Positions 27,621 through 40,187 of a stretch of 64,000 nt of DNA are shown piece after piece (position 1 is the first letter of the stretch; every line of letters starts with the position of its first letter). The notes beneath the pieces are model-generated. The model made no database searches. It had not been told where the DNA came from and saw only the letters and a list, made by a program, of their open reading frames with translations. The stretch is from Azolla caroliniana (lineage: Eukaryota > Plantae > Polypodiophyta), in contig JBHGNT010000011.1 in assembly GCA_043228905.1 (NCBI GenBank), positions 620,001 to 684,000 on the forward strand, read 5' to 3'. Both the position numbers and the translations under genes were made by a program.

Positions 27621-30447
27621 ATAGTGCATTCCTTATGCTATTGTTCATAAGTGTATCGTCCTCTCACACACATACACACAAATCACATAATGCAGCTTTA
27701 TCAATACTCACATAGTTAGACCTTAATTAACCCTAGTTAATTACCTAATTATTAACATTACGATTATTCACTTGAAACTAACCGTGTTGTTTGGTAATAA
27801 TTAGGCAAGACCAATGGTTACTTGGACCAAATTGCATAAACATTTGCCAGACATTTACATATTTGTAACGACAATTTGGACATACTGTAAGCAATATTGT
27901 GATTTAGGTCACAAATTTGAAGGATACGCCTATTTAGGTAATGACAATGCTTGAGCATTCATCCAACGTCTATTGGATAGATTGGCATTCCCTACTTGCC
28001 AATCATTCACAATAAAAAATCATATGAAATAATTCAAGAATAATAATGAGGGTAATTTTGCATTTTTGTAATTTGTACATGCATACATGTTGACATAAAT
28101 ATACTATGATTCAATGAAAATAACTAAACGAGTGTCAATAATCAACGGGTTATTATTTTCATGTACGCATATATATGTTGGCATGCAATGCATGTGAATC
28201 TAGAGTTATCTACTTCAATTAATTAAATTAAAAGAAAGGTGAAATGGGAAAAAAGCGAATGAACCACCCTTATCGCGTAGGCTTATATGTTTTTGTACTT
28301 TATATATAATATGTGAAATGGCAACACATATATCCATAAGATAACTTTGTATATAGTCAATCACATAATAAGCATGCCTCGAAATTGTTAAGCCAAATAT
28401 GATGAATCATACTTCATCAATGTAAAGTTGGTGGAAATGACAACGTCAAGGAATGCAACATATATGATGGCAATGATGGATCGATGATAAGTCCTATAAT
28501 ACATATGCCATGACCTACTCATGTGCTCTTTCTCTTTCTCTCTCTCTCTCTCATGAAATAAGTTGATAGATGTTGTGCAATAGAAGATGGCAATTGACAA
28601 ATGGTGTGTGCTACGGCTTTACCTCCCAACCATAGGGAATGTTATTACACGGTAAATGTTATTGTTGCCTCTTGAGTCAATGTTGTGGGTTTTAGTTAGT
28701 GTGTAAATTTTCTAGTCATTGTTGTCCTTACTATTTCAAATTTCAATACAAGCAATATACTTATACAACACATCACAATTAGATAGGAACCACAGTAAGT
28801 GAGGTATTCTACTCGAAGGGTCATTACTATGTTGTCTTGTCCTATGTTTTAGGCTAAGCTATACACATTATGGTCTTTCATCTATATATCACACCAGTTG
28901 AAGAACCAACGATATCCAACATGAATAAGAGTTATCAAGAGTTCCTACCCCCTTGCACACACAACATTATGATGTGTGGTTCGCGCCCAACAAAGCGACA
29001 CCGGGCAATGGCTCCATGACACATTTGGTTATAAACAAACTATGGCATTAGTTAGATTTCATACATATCATGCAATGAAATCGTTGCCTTTAACACTTGA
29101 TATTATCGAGTACATGTGTGTGTTGAGCATGTTAACCAAACAAAAGGCATAATTTGTGTTGCACGTGTTACTAAGTTGGAATTGGATGATTGAACCCAAT
29201 ATTCTATATCATGACATTCTTTGTCTCTGCTCTCTCAACTTTGATCATCATGTGATTGGTCATATTTAAAATCTTTGGTCATATGTGTTTGAAATCCATT
29301 CCCCATACCACAAAAATGGATTACTACATCGAGTGCGTTTGTGTTGTGGGCATGCCTCCAAAATCAAGCCCACAACATTTAAGTGTTGGCATATTTTTCT
29401 TCTTATCTTTCTTCTTTGTACAACTACATCATTCGGTGTCATCATTTAACATATAGGTTAATGTTAAATTTGAGGTTTTTACATGAAACCTTATTCAATT
29501 TGCCACGCTAATTAATACCGATGCTTAAATATATGGATTTGGTATTAATTAATCATGACGCCAAAAACAAACATTGTCAATAATTTGGAAAATTGATTGA
29601 CAATTTCCCATCGATATTAGGTGGGCAATCCCCAAATCGTCTCACCATTGTTACAACTTTTATATATTCTAGAATGTATGCTATATGTATATATGTATCT
29701 ATATGTGGAACGATAGTGTGCATACGTTGTACCAATGCAATGCCAAGTTTAGTTTTGGGGCATCAACATGCGACTTATGCATATATGTTGTGAATTCCTA
29801 ATGAAACTTACCAACCAACCCACCAATATAACAACGAAACATTAAATGTTTACCAAACTCTATAACATAGAATTACTCTATCCCTCTCGGTCCTCAAAGT
29901 GTAACTTACACATTTTATGTCAATATAACCTTTGAATACCGAAGGCATACATGCATGTGAGCAATCATGGAGTGGTGGTAGAAGTCGTAAGTGATCCCAA
30001 ACTCTACATTCACCTTGCTCATTCTCACGTACCAGGCGGCTAAATTTTGGCTCCACCACCTACTTCTCATAATCTTTCCATACCGGTTTTCTGCCAATTT
30101 CTCGTGGGACAAGCTTGTCCACAGATCAAACCAAGCATAGACACAATGTTTTGAAGGCTAGGCCCTAGGGGGTGGCACGAAATGGCTGACCCGATGGCGC
30201 TAGGATTCATCGGAGGGAAGCAGGACAAAGATCTGTGGAATATGTCGTGAGTTGGGACATCAAGCGCATACATATTTTTCACATATCTACGAAAGCATGT
30301 GTCGTATGGAAAGTTCACTACTCGTAAATTAGTGTTTGGGTTGGCCATTAGACTGACACGTAGTAAATACCGAAGAAGAAGAAGAAGAAGAAGGAAGCCT
30401 TTAGTTTCGCTTTTGGAGGGAAATTCAGATTTTAAAAAATCGGATTG

Positions 30448-30465
30448 CCACATCATCAATCCGGC
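30448..30465 (+). promoter_or_regulatory. Degenerate plant histone type I element (Hex + reverse Oct)
   Basis: CCACATCATCAATCCGGC versus consensus CCACGTCANCGATCCGCG. Lies about 70 nt upstream of a TATA box (~30535) and about 200 nt upstream of the H2A ATG. Confidence 0.4.
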
Positions 30466-30663
30466 CCTGAATTACAGGAACCGTCAGATGCAAAGATGGA
30501 GAGAACGGTCAGGATCAGCTTTCGATCCCCCCTCTATATATATAAACAAACACACATCTCTCTTTTCATCTTCATCTTCATCTCCATTTTCGTTTCTGTC
30601 TCTTTGTCTGCACTGAGAAATAGTATCTGTACCCTTCAAGCTTCACAGTCTTAAAGGATCGCC

Positions 30664-31250
30664 ATGGCAGCAGGTGCAGGAAGAGGCAAGGCCTCCGGCA
30701 AGAAGGCCACATCGCGGAGCTCAAAGGCAGGCCTGCAGTTCCCCGTGGGGAGAATTGCCCGCTTCTTGAAGGCTGGGAAATACGCAGAGCGAGTCGGTGC
30801 AGGTGCCCCTGTTTACCTTGCCGCCGTGCTCGAATATCTCGCCGCTGAGGTGCACTAAATTTCCTGTTTTCTTACGAAATTATCTTTCTTCCTGAATAAA
30901 TTGTTGCAACTCTTTTTTCGTTTACCTACTGCTGCTGCCTGAAATTGATCAATGTCAGTTGCTTGGAATCGTTTAATGTCCGTTTCTTGAATTCGTTTTA
31001 ATCCGAGACATTTTTCTCCTGATTCAATCAAATGTAGGTTCTTGAGCTGGCTGGAAATGCTGCCCGTGATAACAAGAAGAACAGAATCGTTCCCCGTCAC
31101 ATCCAGCTTGCTGTGAGGAACGATGAAGAGCTTAGTAAATTGTTGGGTCAAGTAACCATTGCCAATGGAGGTGTTCTTCCCAATATTCACAATGTTTTGT
31201 TACCCACCAAGAAGTCGACTGGAGCGAAATCTGCGTCTGATGACGCCTAG
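30664..31250 (+). CDS. H2A: Histone H2A, canonical type, 132 aa (exons 30664-30849 and 31038-31250)
   Basis: [20 protein letters not shown]...YLAAE | [25 protein letters not shown]...[21 protein letters not shown] intron at the conserved plant position. No SQEF or KSPK tail. Confidence 0.97.
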
Positions 31251-32059
31251 ATTTTCTTCTCCCTTGCTTCCTCTAAGGTGTTTCTGAACACCACCATATT
31301 TCTTGGGTTCATTTCTCTTTGAAAAACAACAGGGTCTTGGATTGGAGAGGAGTGGCAGCCAGTTCTGAAACCTGTCACGAAATACCTGCCGTGTCACCTC
31401 GAATTTATTTTATAACTGAGACGGGCTATCACATTTGTGCCGTGTTGTACAGTACAAGCGTATTCTGCACAAGGGAAATTCTGTGTTTGCTTTCAATTAA
31501 TAGATTAATATGTCCTTTAATAAGGAAGAGGCATACTTTCATGGGTTCGAGTGTAGAGCAGGAACTGAGTGTAATTAACATGGTTTGATTGCTCTACTTG
31601 TGTGTGAGACAATTGTTTATGTTATTCCCTTGAAATAGTGAGGATGAGGCATGGGTCACGATGAAAATATATGACAGAAGGATTCATAGAATTGGCACAG
31701 ATAGTCACAAAGGATCGAACCCATATTTGGAAAGAATGGTTGTGGAATGGATTGTTGAGGAATGAATGCTATTCTTGTTGATAACTCATTATATATCAAA
31801 CGTGTTATTTTTGGACTCAAGGTTGTGGGATAGATTATTGAGAAATGAAGAGTATTTTTGTCCCCACATTCCTTTGGATTAATGTTCTCATGCAACCATT
31901 TGTACCTTGGGTTTCATGCACGAGACTTGCATTCCTAGTTTTGCTTTTGTGAGGACTTGTGCTTTGATGAGGAGCACATTGATGATTGCAATTGCTTCTG
32001 CTTTGATTGGGGCCACTTTGATGGTTGCATCCACTCTTAATTCTTCTCCTACCATAAGA

Positions 32060-33290
32060 ACTAATTGAAGTTAGTTGGTTCTGTCTGTAGTCTGAACACT
32101 AGTATGATTCTTATTTCCATTAAAAAAACTGTCTGCTTGTGATTGTTTTGAAGCATTTGGATCTGATTGTAGCTGCCAAAGTTGTTAAGGAAACTATATG
32201 CTTTGTGGCTGGCTACTGCATCTAATTTGCCATCTGTGAAGGGAAGTGGAAATGCATTAGTTCCGATGGCTGCATTTAACTTTCGGTAGTCCACACATAT
32301 CTGAATTTTGTTGTTCTTTTTTGGCACTACCACAATTGGACTTAGCCATGTGGCTTGCTCTACTATTTGAATCAAGCCAACTCTGAGGAGTTTGTTGATC
32401 TCCTTCGTCACCTTTGATATGTAGTGTTTTCAAAAGTATCTTCGGCTAGCTTTGCATCCTTGCTTAAGTGGAGTGATGTGGGTAAAATTTAGGATCCCAT
32501 CCCTTCATATCCTCGTACGACCACACAAAGACATCCTTGTATTCTTTCAATAATTCTATCATGGTTTTCTTCTTCTTCGACACCATTTCCTTCGCTATTT
32601 AAACCGGCTTGGGTTTTGAGGTGGAGCCTAGATTCACCTCTTCCAAAGATTGTTTCACTCGGTGGGAGATCTCCATCTCTTGTTCCAGTGCTTCCCGAGC
32701 ATAACGCAATTCGGCTATTGCTTTCGGGTCCGACTACCATAGTTCTTCCTTCGACTTGGTGTCATTCTTCGACACATACGGGGTGACTAGTTTGACAACG
32801 TCGATTTTAAACATGCACCAGTTTTGGATTCTTCTCTAGATATTGGTTGACCTCCTCGTCACCCAAGCCTTCCATCATATTAATACCTTCGGCGTACAAC
32901 GGGGTTATATCCCCTTCTGTTGCCACTCGGTCTTGAGTCAGCACTCACTTTTGTTTTTCGACATTGGAAACTAATGATGTTTTTCCACCAATTTTGCTTA
33001 ATATGAGCCATTCGTAGCCATGGTCAGCCCAATAGAAGTGGGTAGGGTTCTCAACCGGAATGGCCGATTTCCGAATGCACTCGTCATCAAGTTGCCTCGC
33101 TTATATAACATTGACGCTTGATCCGCCTTGAGTTATGGCACCTGTCACATTTGTGCCCTTTATGATGGCTTTGATTGCCGGAATTTGTTCATTTAACATG
33201 ATCGGTCCGTGGCTTGGATTCATAAAATTAATTGGGAGTGCCGATGGTTCTTCCTTCTTTACGTATGACAGCCATGGTTTCCTTGAACCT
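32060..33290 (-). mobile_element. Degenerate Gypsy protease/RT fragment
   Basis: ORF 32061-32411 WLSPIVVVPKKNNKIQICVDYRKLNAA...FPLPF is the RT N-terminus. The upstream region resembles the protease region of element B. Confidence 0.8.
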
Positions 33291-33333
33291 TAGCACTAAA
33301 TTCAACAACCATGCCAGTGACAACGTTATTTGG

Positions 33334-33620
33334 TGTAAGGAATGTGGAAGTTGATGTACACAAACAGCTCAACCAAGCAAAATAGTATAACATAGTAGGA
33401 CAATATGATAGAGAACAGAACTGTTACAACTTGCTCTAAGAGCATATTTTATACAAAGCCCATTATTTCTCTCATAAAGTGAGAGGGCTGACAAGAGCAC
33501 AATCAACTCATGAATGAGCACTGAATTCTAGTCTAACTAGAACCGACCTAAGTCGACACTAAGGATAATTGAGCTTGACATCTCAACACTCCCCCTCAAG
33601 GTCAATTTGACGTAAGCTTT
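33334..33620 (-). mobile_element. Copia-type 3' LTR (33588 to ~33334) with PPT
   Basis: The minus strand reads TTGAGGGGGAG-TGTTGAGA...TTACA. Confidence 0.55.
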
Positions 33621-33884
33621 CGGCTCTTCTGGCCTTTATCAGTTTACGACACGATTTGTTTATGACAACACGATTGGAGAACTTGAAGGTATTGCAAGCA
33701 ATAAATGAATTGATATGGGGATTTACAACACGCATCTCCAATTGTGTTATAGCTCAAATGGTAGAGCCCTCGCTTTGCATGAGAGACTATCCACATATTT
33801 GTTTATGACAACACGATTGGAGAGCCTAAAGGTATTGCAAGCAATAAATGAATTGGTATGGGGATTTGCACCACACATCTCCAT

Positions 33885-33957
33885 TTGTGTTGTAACTCAA
33901 ATTGTAGATCCTCGCTTTGCACTCGAGAGGAAGGGGTATCGATACGCCACAACTCCA
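33885..33957 (+). pseudogene. Degenerate tRNA-Ala(UGC)-like copy; duplicated at ~35047-35120
   Basis: GTAACTCAAATTGTAGATCCTCGCTTTGCACTCGAGAGG...ATCGATAC...CTCCA aligns along its length with tRNA-Ala. Confidence 0.7.
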
Positions 33958-34271
33958 GTTTTGTAACCACTACCTTGCATGTCTAACATGTAACATCACA
34001 ATACATTAGTTTGTTTATAACTTTACGACTCTCCCTAGGTGAGAGGTATAGGGGATCAAAGCCCCGGATCTCTGATTATTTTATGCTAATACCATGCGTC
34101 TCCACTCTCTTAGGATAAAGTCACCATCATTAAAGAGGAGTATTGCAACTATGTACTTGAAGTCAAATAGATATGATGAGACTTTTGTATTTTGTTAGAT
34201 TTTAGAGAAAGGCATTGTACCCAAATGGGAGGATAGATAGTATTTGGAATTTTTAAGTTTCAAGTTTCAAA

Positions 34272-34344
34272 GGGGACGTAGCTCAAATGGTAGAGCGCTC
34301 GCTTAGCATGCAAGAGGTACAGGGATCGATACCTTGCATCTCCA
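34272..34344 (+). tRNA. tRNA-Ala(AGC), possibly decaying
   Basis: 73-nt cloverleaf GGGGACGTAGCTCAAATGGTAGAGC...TTAGCAT...CATCTCCA with G3:U70 and the ATCG T-loop. One mismatch each in the acceptor and anticodon stems. CAA immediately upstream and a T-run downstream. Confidence 0.85.
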
Positions 34345-34470
34345 ATTGTGTTATTTTGATACCGTGCATCTCCACTCATTTTACTATCTCGGTATTTCTC
34401 GAGATCATAAAAGCAACACATAAGATTATGCTCTCTACATCTTTATCATGTAATGATGCTTTAGCCTAAC

Positions 34471-34543
34471 TTGGATGTAGCTCAAATGGTATAGTGCTCA
34501 CTTTGCATGGGAGAGGCATGGGGATTGATACCCCACATCTCCA
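34471..34543 (+). pseudogene. tRNA-Ala(UGC) pseudogene
   Basis: TTGGATGTAGCTCAAATGGT...TTTGCAT...CATCTCCA. The acceptor stem 5' end and other stems are disrupted. Confidence 0.8.
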
Positions 34544-35447
34544 ATTTTCTTATCTTCATACATTGCATCTCCAATCACCTCACATCTATGGATTTACGTC
34601 ATTATCTTGATCATGAGATATGCTTTATAGAACCAAATTAAAGAGGATGTGAGAACCATCGACATATTTGTTTATGACAACACGATTGGAGAGCCTGAAG
34701 GTATTGCAAGCAATAAATGAATTGGTATGGGGATTTACACCACACATCTCCAATTGTGTTATAGCTCAAATGGTAGAACCCTAGCGTTGCATGCAGCATG
34801 AGAGACTATCCCCATATTTGTTTATGACAACACGATTGGAGAACCTGAAGGTATTGCAAGCAATAAATGAATTGATATGGGGATTTACACCACGCATCTC
34901 CAATTGTGTTATAACTCAAATGGTAGATCCATCGCTTTGCATGAGAGACTATCCACATATTTGTTTATGACAACACGATTGAAGAGCCTGAAGGTATTGC
35001 AAGCAATAAATGAATTGGTATGGGAATTTACACCACACATCTCCAATTGTGTCGTAACTCAAACTGTAGATTCCTCGCTTTTCACTCGAGAGGAACGGGT
35101 ATCGATACCCCGCAACTCTCGTTTTGTAACCACTAAAATGCATGTCTAACATGTAACATCACAATACATTAGTTTGTTTATGACTTTACGACTCTCCCTA
35201 GGTGAGAGGTATAGGGGATCGAGGCCCCGAATCTCCGATTATTTTATGCTAATACCATGCGTCTCCACTCTCTTAGGATAAAGCCACCATCATTAAAGAG
35301 GAGTATTGCGACTATGTACTTGAAGTCAAATAGATGTGATGACACTTTCGGCTGTCTTTGGCTCGTAGTTGTTTCGGTCTTTCGGCCCTTGTTTGCTTCG
35401 GCGGCCCTTTCTCGGCCTTAAAATCGACCCATTGCAAGTTTTTCCGT

Positions 35448-36179
35448 TCTTGTAGATATCCGTGTGTACGTGTCAGATCGGCGGGACCACCAAGGGCTTG
35501 GACTAGGGAGTCAGAGAGAGAGACTGCCAAGCTTATAGTGGTTGTCCGGCCTGGTCACCGGAGGCCGGATACCGAGCGCATGGGCTCAGGGAAACCGTAC
35601 GTGACTCAAAACTAGCAACGGGTACCAGAGGTTGAGCACACGGGCTCTGAATCACAAAAGATAACGTAGAACGAGAGAAAACAAAATGACACGCTCCCGG
35701 ACACCACAATCAAGATGCAAATACCGGCCCAACTCAAAGAGCGTGAAGTAGAGATCACAGGAGGAGCATCCAGATTCAACAACACCAAATAATCATTAAA
35801 ACAGAGAAAATAAATACAAAGGATGGCCTATTGACCGGGAAGCAGAGCTATGAGCACAATAGAACACGCCGACTGGTGAGCCTTTGGTGGGGAGAACACG
35901 GGCTTCCTACGCGAGCAGAGGCCTCACCAACACCTAACAAAATACACAAAGCAGAACACCGAAACTCAGAGAACAGACACTCGACAACACGAACCGGCAA
36001 CCCCCCCGCACTCCCCTCCCTTGATTTCCTCCCATCACACGCTTTATTTCGCTCTTTTCGAGAGATCTTAAAAGTACCTATTAAACACTCTACCTAGTAC
36101 TTATAAATACTTTCTATTTACATTCTTTTATACATTAGGCCGAGTTCCTGTGCATACATGCACATCCTTATTGTTACAT
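35448..36179 (-). mobile_element. Older partial LTR of the Trp-primed Gypsy family
   Basis: TCTTGTAGATATCC aligns to the family terminus TGTCGTGGAAATCC. Carries the family U5 motif GGGACCAC...CTTGGACTAGGG. Confidence 0.6.
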
Positions 36180-38016
36180 TGTCGTGGAAATCCGTGCATG
36201 CGTGTTGGATAGGATGGGACCACGAGGGTCTTGGACTAGGGAGTAAGAGGAGGAGTAAGAGGAGGGAGAGAAGCTTGGGAGTTCAACCGAGAAGGAAGAG
36301 AAAGATTAAGATTCAAGAGAATAAGATCTAAACAAGACAAGATACATTATGGAAAGCACCACACCAATTACAACCGTGACTGTGTAGGTCGAATGTAAAC
36401 CCTCTAGATGAAACCCTAACTGGATAGGGGAAAAGAAGAAGACGAATAAAACCCCTAAAACGAGATCCTAAAACCCAAAATTCCGAAACCCTAATGGCAA
36501 CCCAAAGAAACCCAAAAAGTGGAAGCCCCTCAAAAATGGCCCCTCACTCCCTTTTATAGTAGTAAGGGGTGAGGCACATTACATAAAGAAGAGGTCAACC
36601 CCCCCTTCTTTCAATGGGGGAATATTTGGCCTTGATCTTAGGAGGAGAGATTGATGGAGCCTTAACTCCCTCTCCTCACACACACACTATGCCCAACACT
36701 CACTACACCTGTACTTCATGTACTCTCCCTTTAGTCTACATATGCATGTGCACATAAGTGCACATCATATTTACACTTTATGAATTTTCGTAGTGCACTT
36801 TTAACACCTTACATTTACCCTTCCTTTTTTACATTTGTTTCTTTTACAAATCTTCCAAGTGCATGTGCAATGTTGCACATCCCCATTTTATCCATCCCAC
36901 TTGGTTTTCTCACCATGGCCGAAAATCCTCATGACATCCACCCCCACCAAACCGCACATCCACCGGTGTCGTGAAGATTTTCGGCAATAGTGTGAAAATC
37001 CCATAAAACGTACAAAATCGAGTATGAATCATGTAATACAATAATTGTGAAGATAACATTTTTAATATCTAAGTACAAAATGATGGAGGTTTCGAATGCA
37101 CTTTATTACACGAGAAATGGACAACTAAATGTCAAGATATGAGGGTATAAAGTTTGTGAAAAGAAAAGAGAAAATTGTGAGATATCCCACATAGGCACGA
37201 CAAATACGACTCTCATCATATATAAGGTGGAGCAAAAGATATTATCTTTGTGTCTATGTGTGGAGCATAGAGAGTTCAAGGTAACTTGAACTTAGAGTGG
37301 AGGTGGCTAGCTACTCGTAAAGGGTTTTGGCCAACCAAAACCGGACCGACGATGGAGCCGGTGATCCGACGGCAATCCGATGGCGGCATGCGGCACCGGT
37401 ATCCGGCGGCGGCATCCGACGTCGGTATCCGGCGAACCGGCGACTAGATAAAATAAATATATAAAAATATATACATATATAAGGAGGGCAAGTATGGATT
37501 CGAACCTTGTAGCTCCAAGTTAGGAGTCAAATGGCTTACCATTAAGCCATAATATTTAGTTGAAATTATATTTCTATCATTGTACTTTTACATGTAAATT
37601 CTCATCCATGAGTGCTAAAATGAGTGACATGGTTAGCATGCACCACATGTAATACTTAAGCGCCAAATGGCAAACATGCAATTTATGCATGTCTTGTACC
37701 CTCACATGCATCATATGCATGAGAGCATCTATAAAAGAGGGAAGGGGGAGGAGAAAAACACGGTTTTTTTTATGAAAATTAAGAAGAAGAAATTCGTTAT
37801 CAAATTGATCGTGTAATCTCAACTTCTCTCTTTCCCAATCTATCTTAAGTACTTTCTCGCCAAAGCTTGTATCGACTCTAAATCCTTCTGGTCTAGAACC
37901 CCGGCGGTTCCGCCTCACGATCCGCGCGTAGTGACGGATCTTCACGACATAATTAAGTGGTGAACCCGACGTGAAAGAGGCGGTAGGAAGGATCAAGTCG
38001 AGATTAATACTTGGAG

Positions 38017-40187
38017 ATGGCGTCCTCAAGCAACCAAGCAGGAGAGCTCGAAAGGATGATGCTAATCGTCGAGCAAATGATGAGATCTCGGGACAACGAC
38101 GCGAGCGTGGAGAAGGCTGTTGATCGTGTCGTAGAGCTCGAGGGCCAATTCGATGGAAGGAACGTTACGAAGTTCCTTGATGCATATAAGAGGGAGATGA
38201 ATCAAAGGGACGTGTCCGAGGCACGTCAAATCGCAAGCTTCAAGAGAGTTGTCGCCAACAACATCCAAAGACAACATGGTCCGAGTTCGAGAAAACGATA
38301 CTAGCGGAGTTCGTGACTGAAGACTCAACGAGGATGACTCGACATGCCCTGATGAAGTGGATAGAGAAGAAGAATAAGAAGATGAGCGTCTCGAGGGTGT
38401 ACGACGAATTCGACCAGATGTTTAGTCGTCTCCCCAATACGGACCAAGTATTGCTTGAAGAGGACAAAACTTTGTACTTCTTGAAGGCCGTGGGCATAAA
38501 GGATAGACGGGAGTTGGGGACTCTTCTCGAAGATGATACCCAAGCAAATGGGCTCGTAGTGGACTGGATCGCGGTGAAGCGGGCATGCAATAGGCTCGAC
38601 AAGCGTCGCCAATGGGTTGATGACACCAACTTGACGGGACCGACTACCACGGAGAAAGCAAGACCGCCGAAAGTAGCTGAGCCGCCAAGACAAAGTAACG
38701 TGGAAGAAAAGAAGATTGATGATGACATCATTGAAGAGCTAGCGAAGAAGTTTGAGAAGGTCACTCTAGCCAACATGAATCGTCGGGGCCCTAAAGGAAA
38801 AGAACCCTTTAGATGCGTGTGGTGTGATAGCATGGACCACATGAGAAGGGATTGTGCGAGCCTTCGAGAGGCGATTCGACAAAATATCGTATACATAGAG
38901 GACAACATGATTTGCTCAAGCGAGACTAGAAGACCCCTACGGGTGAATTTCGGAAGAGGAGGAATGAAGAGATCTATGGAGGATGCCGATGCGACTCACG
39001 TGGATGCGATGCACTATGCTGCGTCGGCCGGAATAAGAGTCGGGAAAGACAAGATTGAAGCTGCTAGAGCGGGAGCAAAGTTTTGGACTTCCGTTCTCGA
39101 ATATGAGAAGAAGGGAAAAATCACATCGAACGAGGTAGAGCTTGCGGACCGAAGCGTGCAAAGCATAACCGGGTGGTCGGATCCGGTGGACGACAACACC
39201 ATACTCGCAGAGGTGATGTGCGACAACCACGAGGTGTTCGTCAAAGAAAAGAGAAAGAGAATAGAAGAGCAAGGGCCATAAAAAAGACATGAAACAAGGA
39301 GCGCGAAAAAGAAGGATGATGCGGAGATGAGTCGACCTTTACAAACGGAGGAACGAGAATCAAGCCGAAAAGGGGAGCCGAGCATATGAGTTGAAGAAAC
39401 GGTTCGGCCCGTGAAGGTTGGTGTCGAAGACCCCGCTCGGAGGACAAGGACCATACCTACCTATAAGCTAAGGTCGGACATAGAGCAGACGATGGACCTA
39501 AAGAAGATTCTCGAAGAACGAGTTCTCGATAGCCACGTAACTTTGTCCTTGAGGGAATTGCTTGGCATTACGAAGAAGGAGTTCCATGACATGATCGTGG
39601 ACCTTGTAAAGAGAAAGAGACAACAATCGGATGAGGAAGAAGAGAAGCCGCAGAAAGCAAAAAGGAATGCCATAACGATGGCAAGAGACGAAATCGATGA
39701 AGATATGGTGGACAGCCACTACACTCGACCTCATTGGGCACGAGCGACAACGGAGACGCCGGTGAAGATTGGGGAGAAGAAAGAGACCGTCGTAGCCTTG
39801 ATCGACCACGGCTCGGAGATCAACCTCATGTCAACCGACTTCTACAAAAAGGGAAGATGGCCAATCAATACAAACCACGGATGGAAGATTCGCGCGGCAA
39901 CAAAGTCTACGGAGGACTTGTACGGAGCTTGTCCCAATGTCAAAGTCACGATCGGGGATGTGGAGATGGATCAACACTTCTTCGTACAAGAATCGACATC
40001 GCATCCTGTCATCCTAGGGCAACCTTATATCACATCATCTCGGATGGAGACCAAAGTGTTCGATAATGGAGCAGCCTTCGCACGAATAAAGAGTCTTAAC
40101 AACCAAAGATCGGTCCAATTCCTAACGGTGCGAGCCAATCATGAAAGGAATCGAGATAGTCTCGGAGGCGAATCCTCGGATTTTTAG
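38017..40187 (+). pseudogene. Gag-protease ORF of the Gypsy element (one frameshifting deletion at ~38270, two premature stops)
   Basis: FDGRNVTKFL gag start, knuckle CVWCDSMDHMRRDC, protease LIDHGSEIN. ORFs 38313 and 39411 are in the same frame. Confidence 0.9.

Larger units (their letters stand above)
33655..35346 (+). repeat. tRNA-Ala-derived tandem array: five 143/150-bp units plus a ~530-bp block duplication
   Basis: Units start with TTTGTTTATGACAACACG at 33655, 33798, 34667, 34817 and 34960. Block ~33655-34185 recurs at ~34817-35346. Confidence 0.9.
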
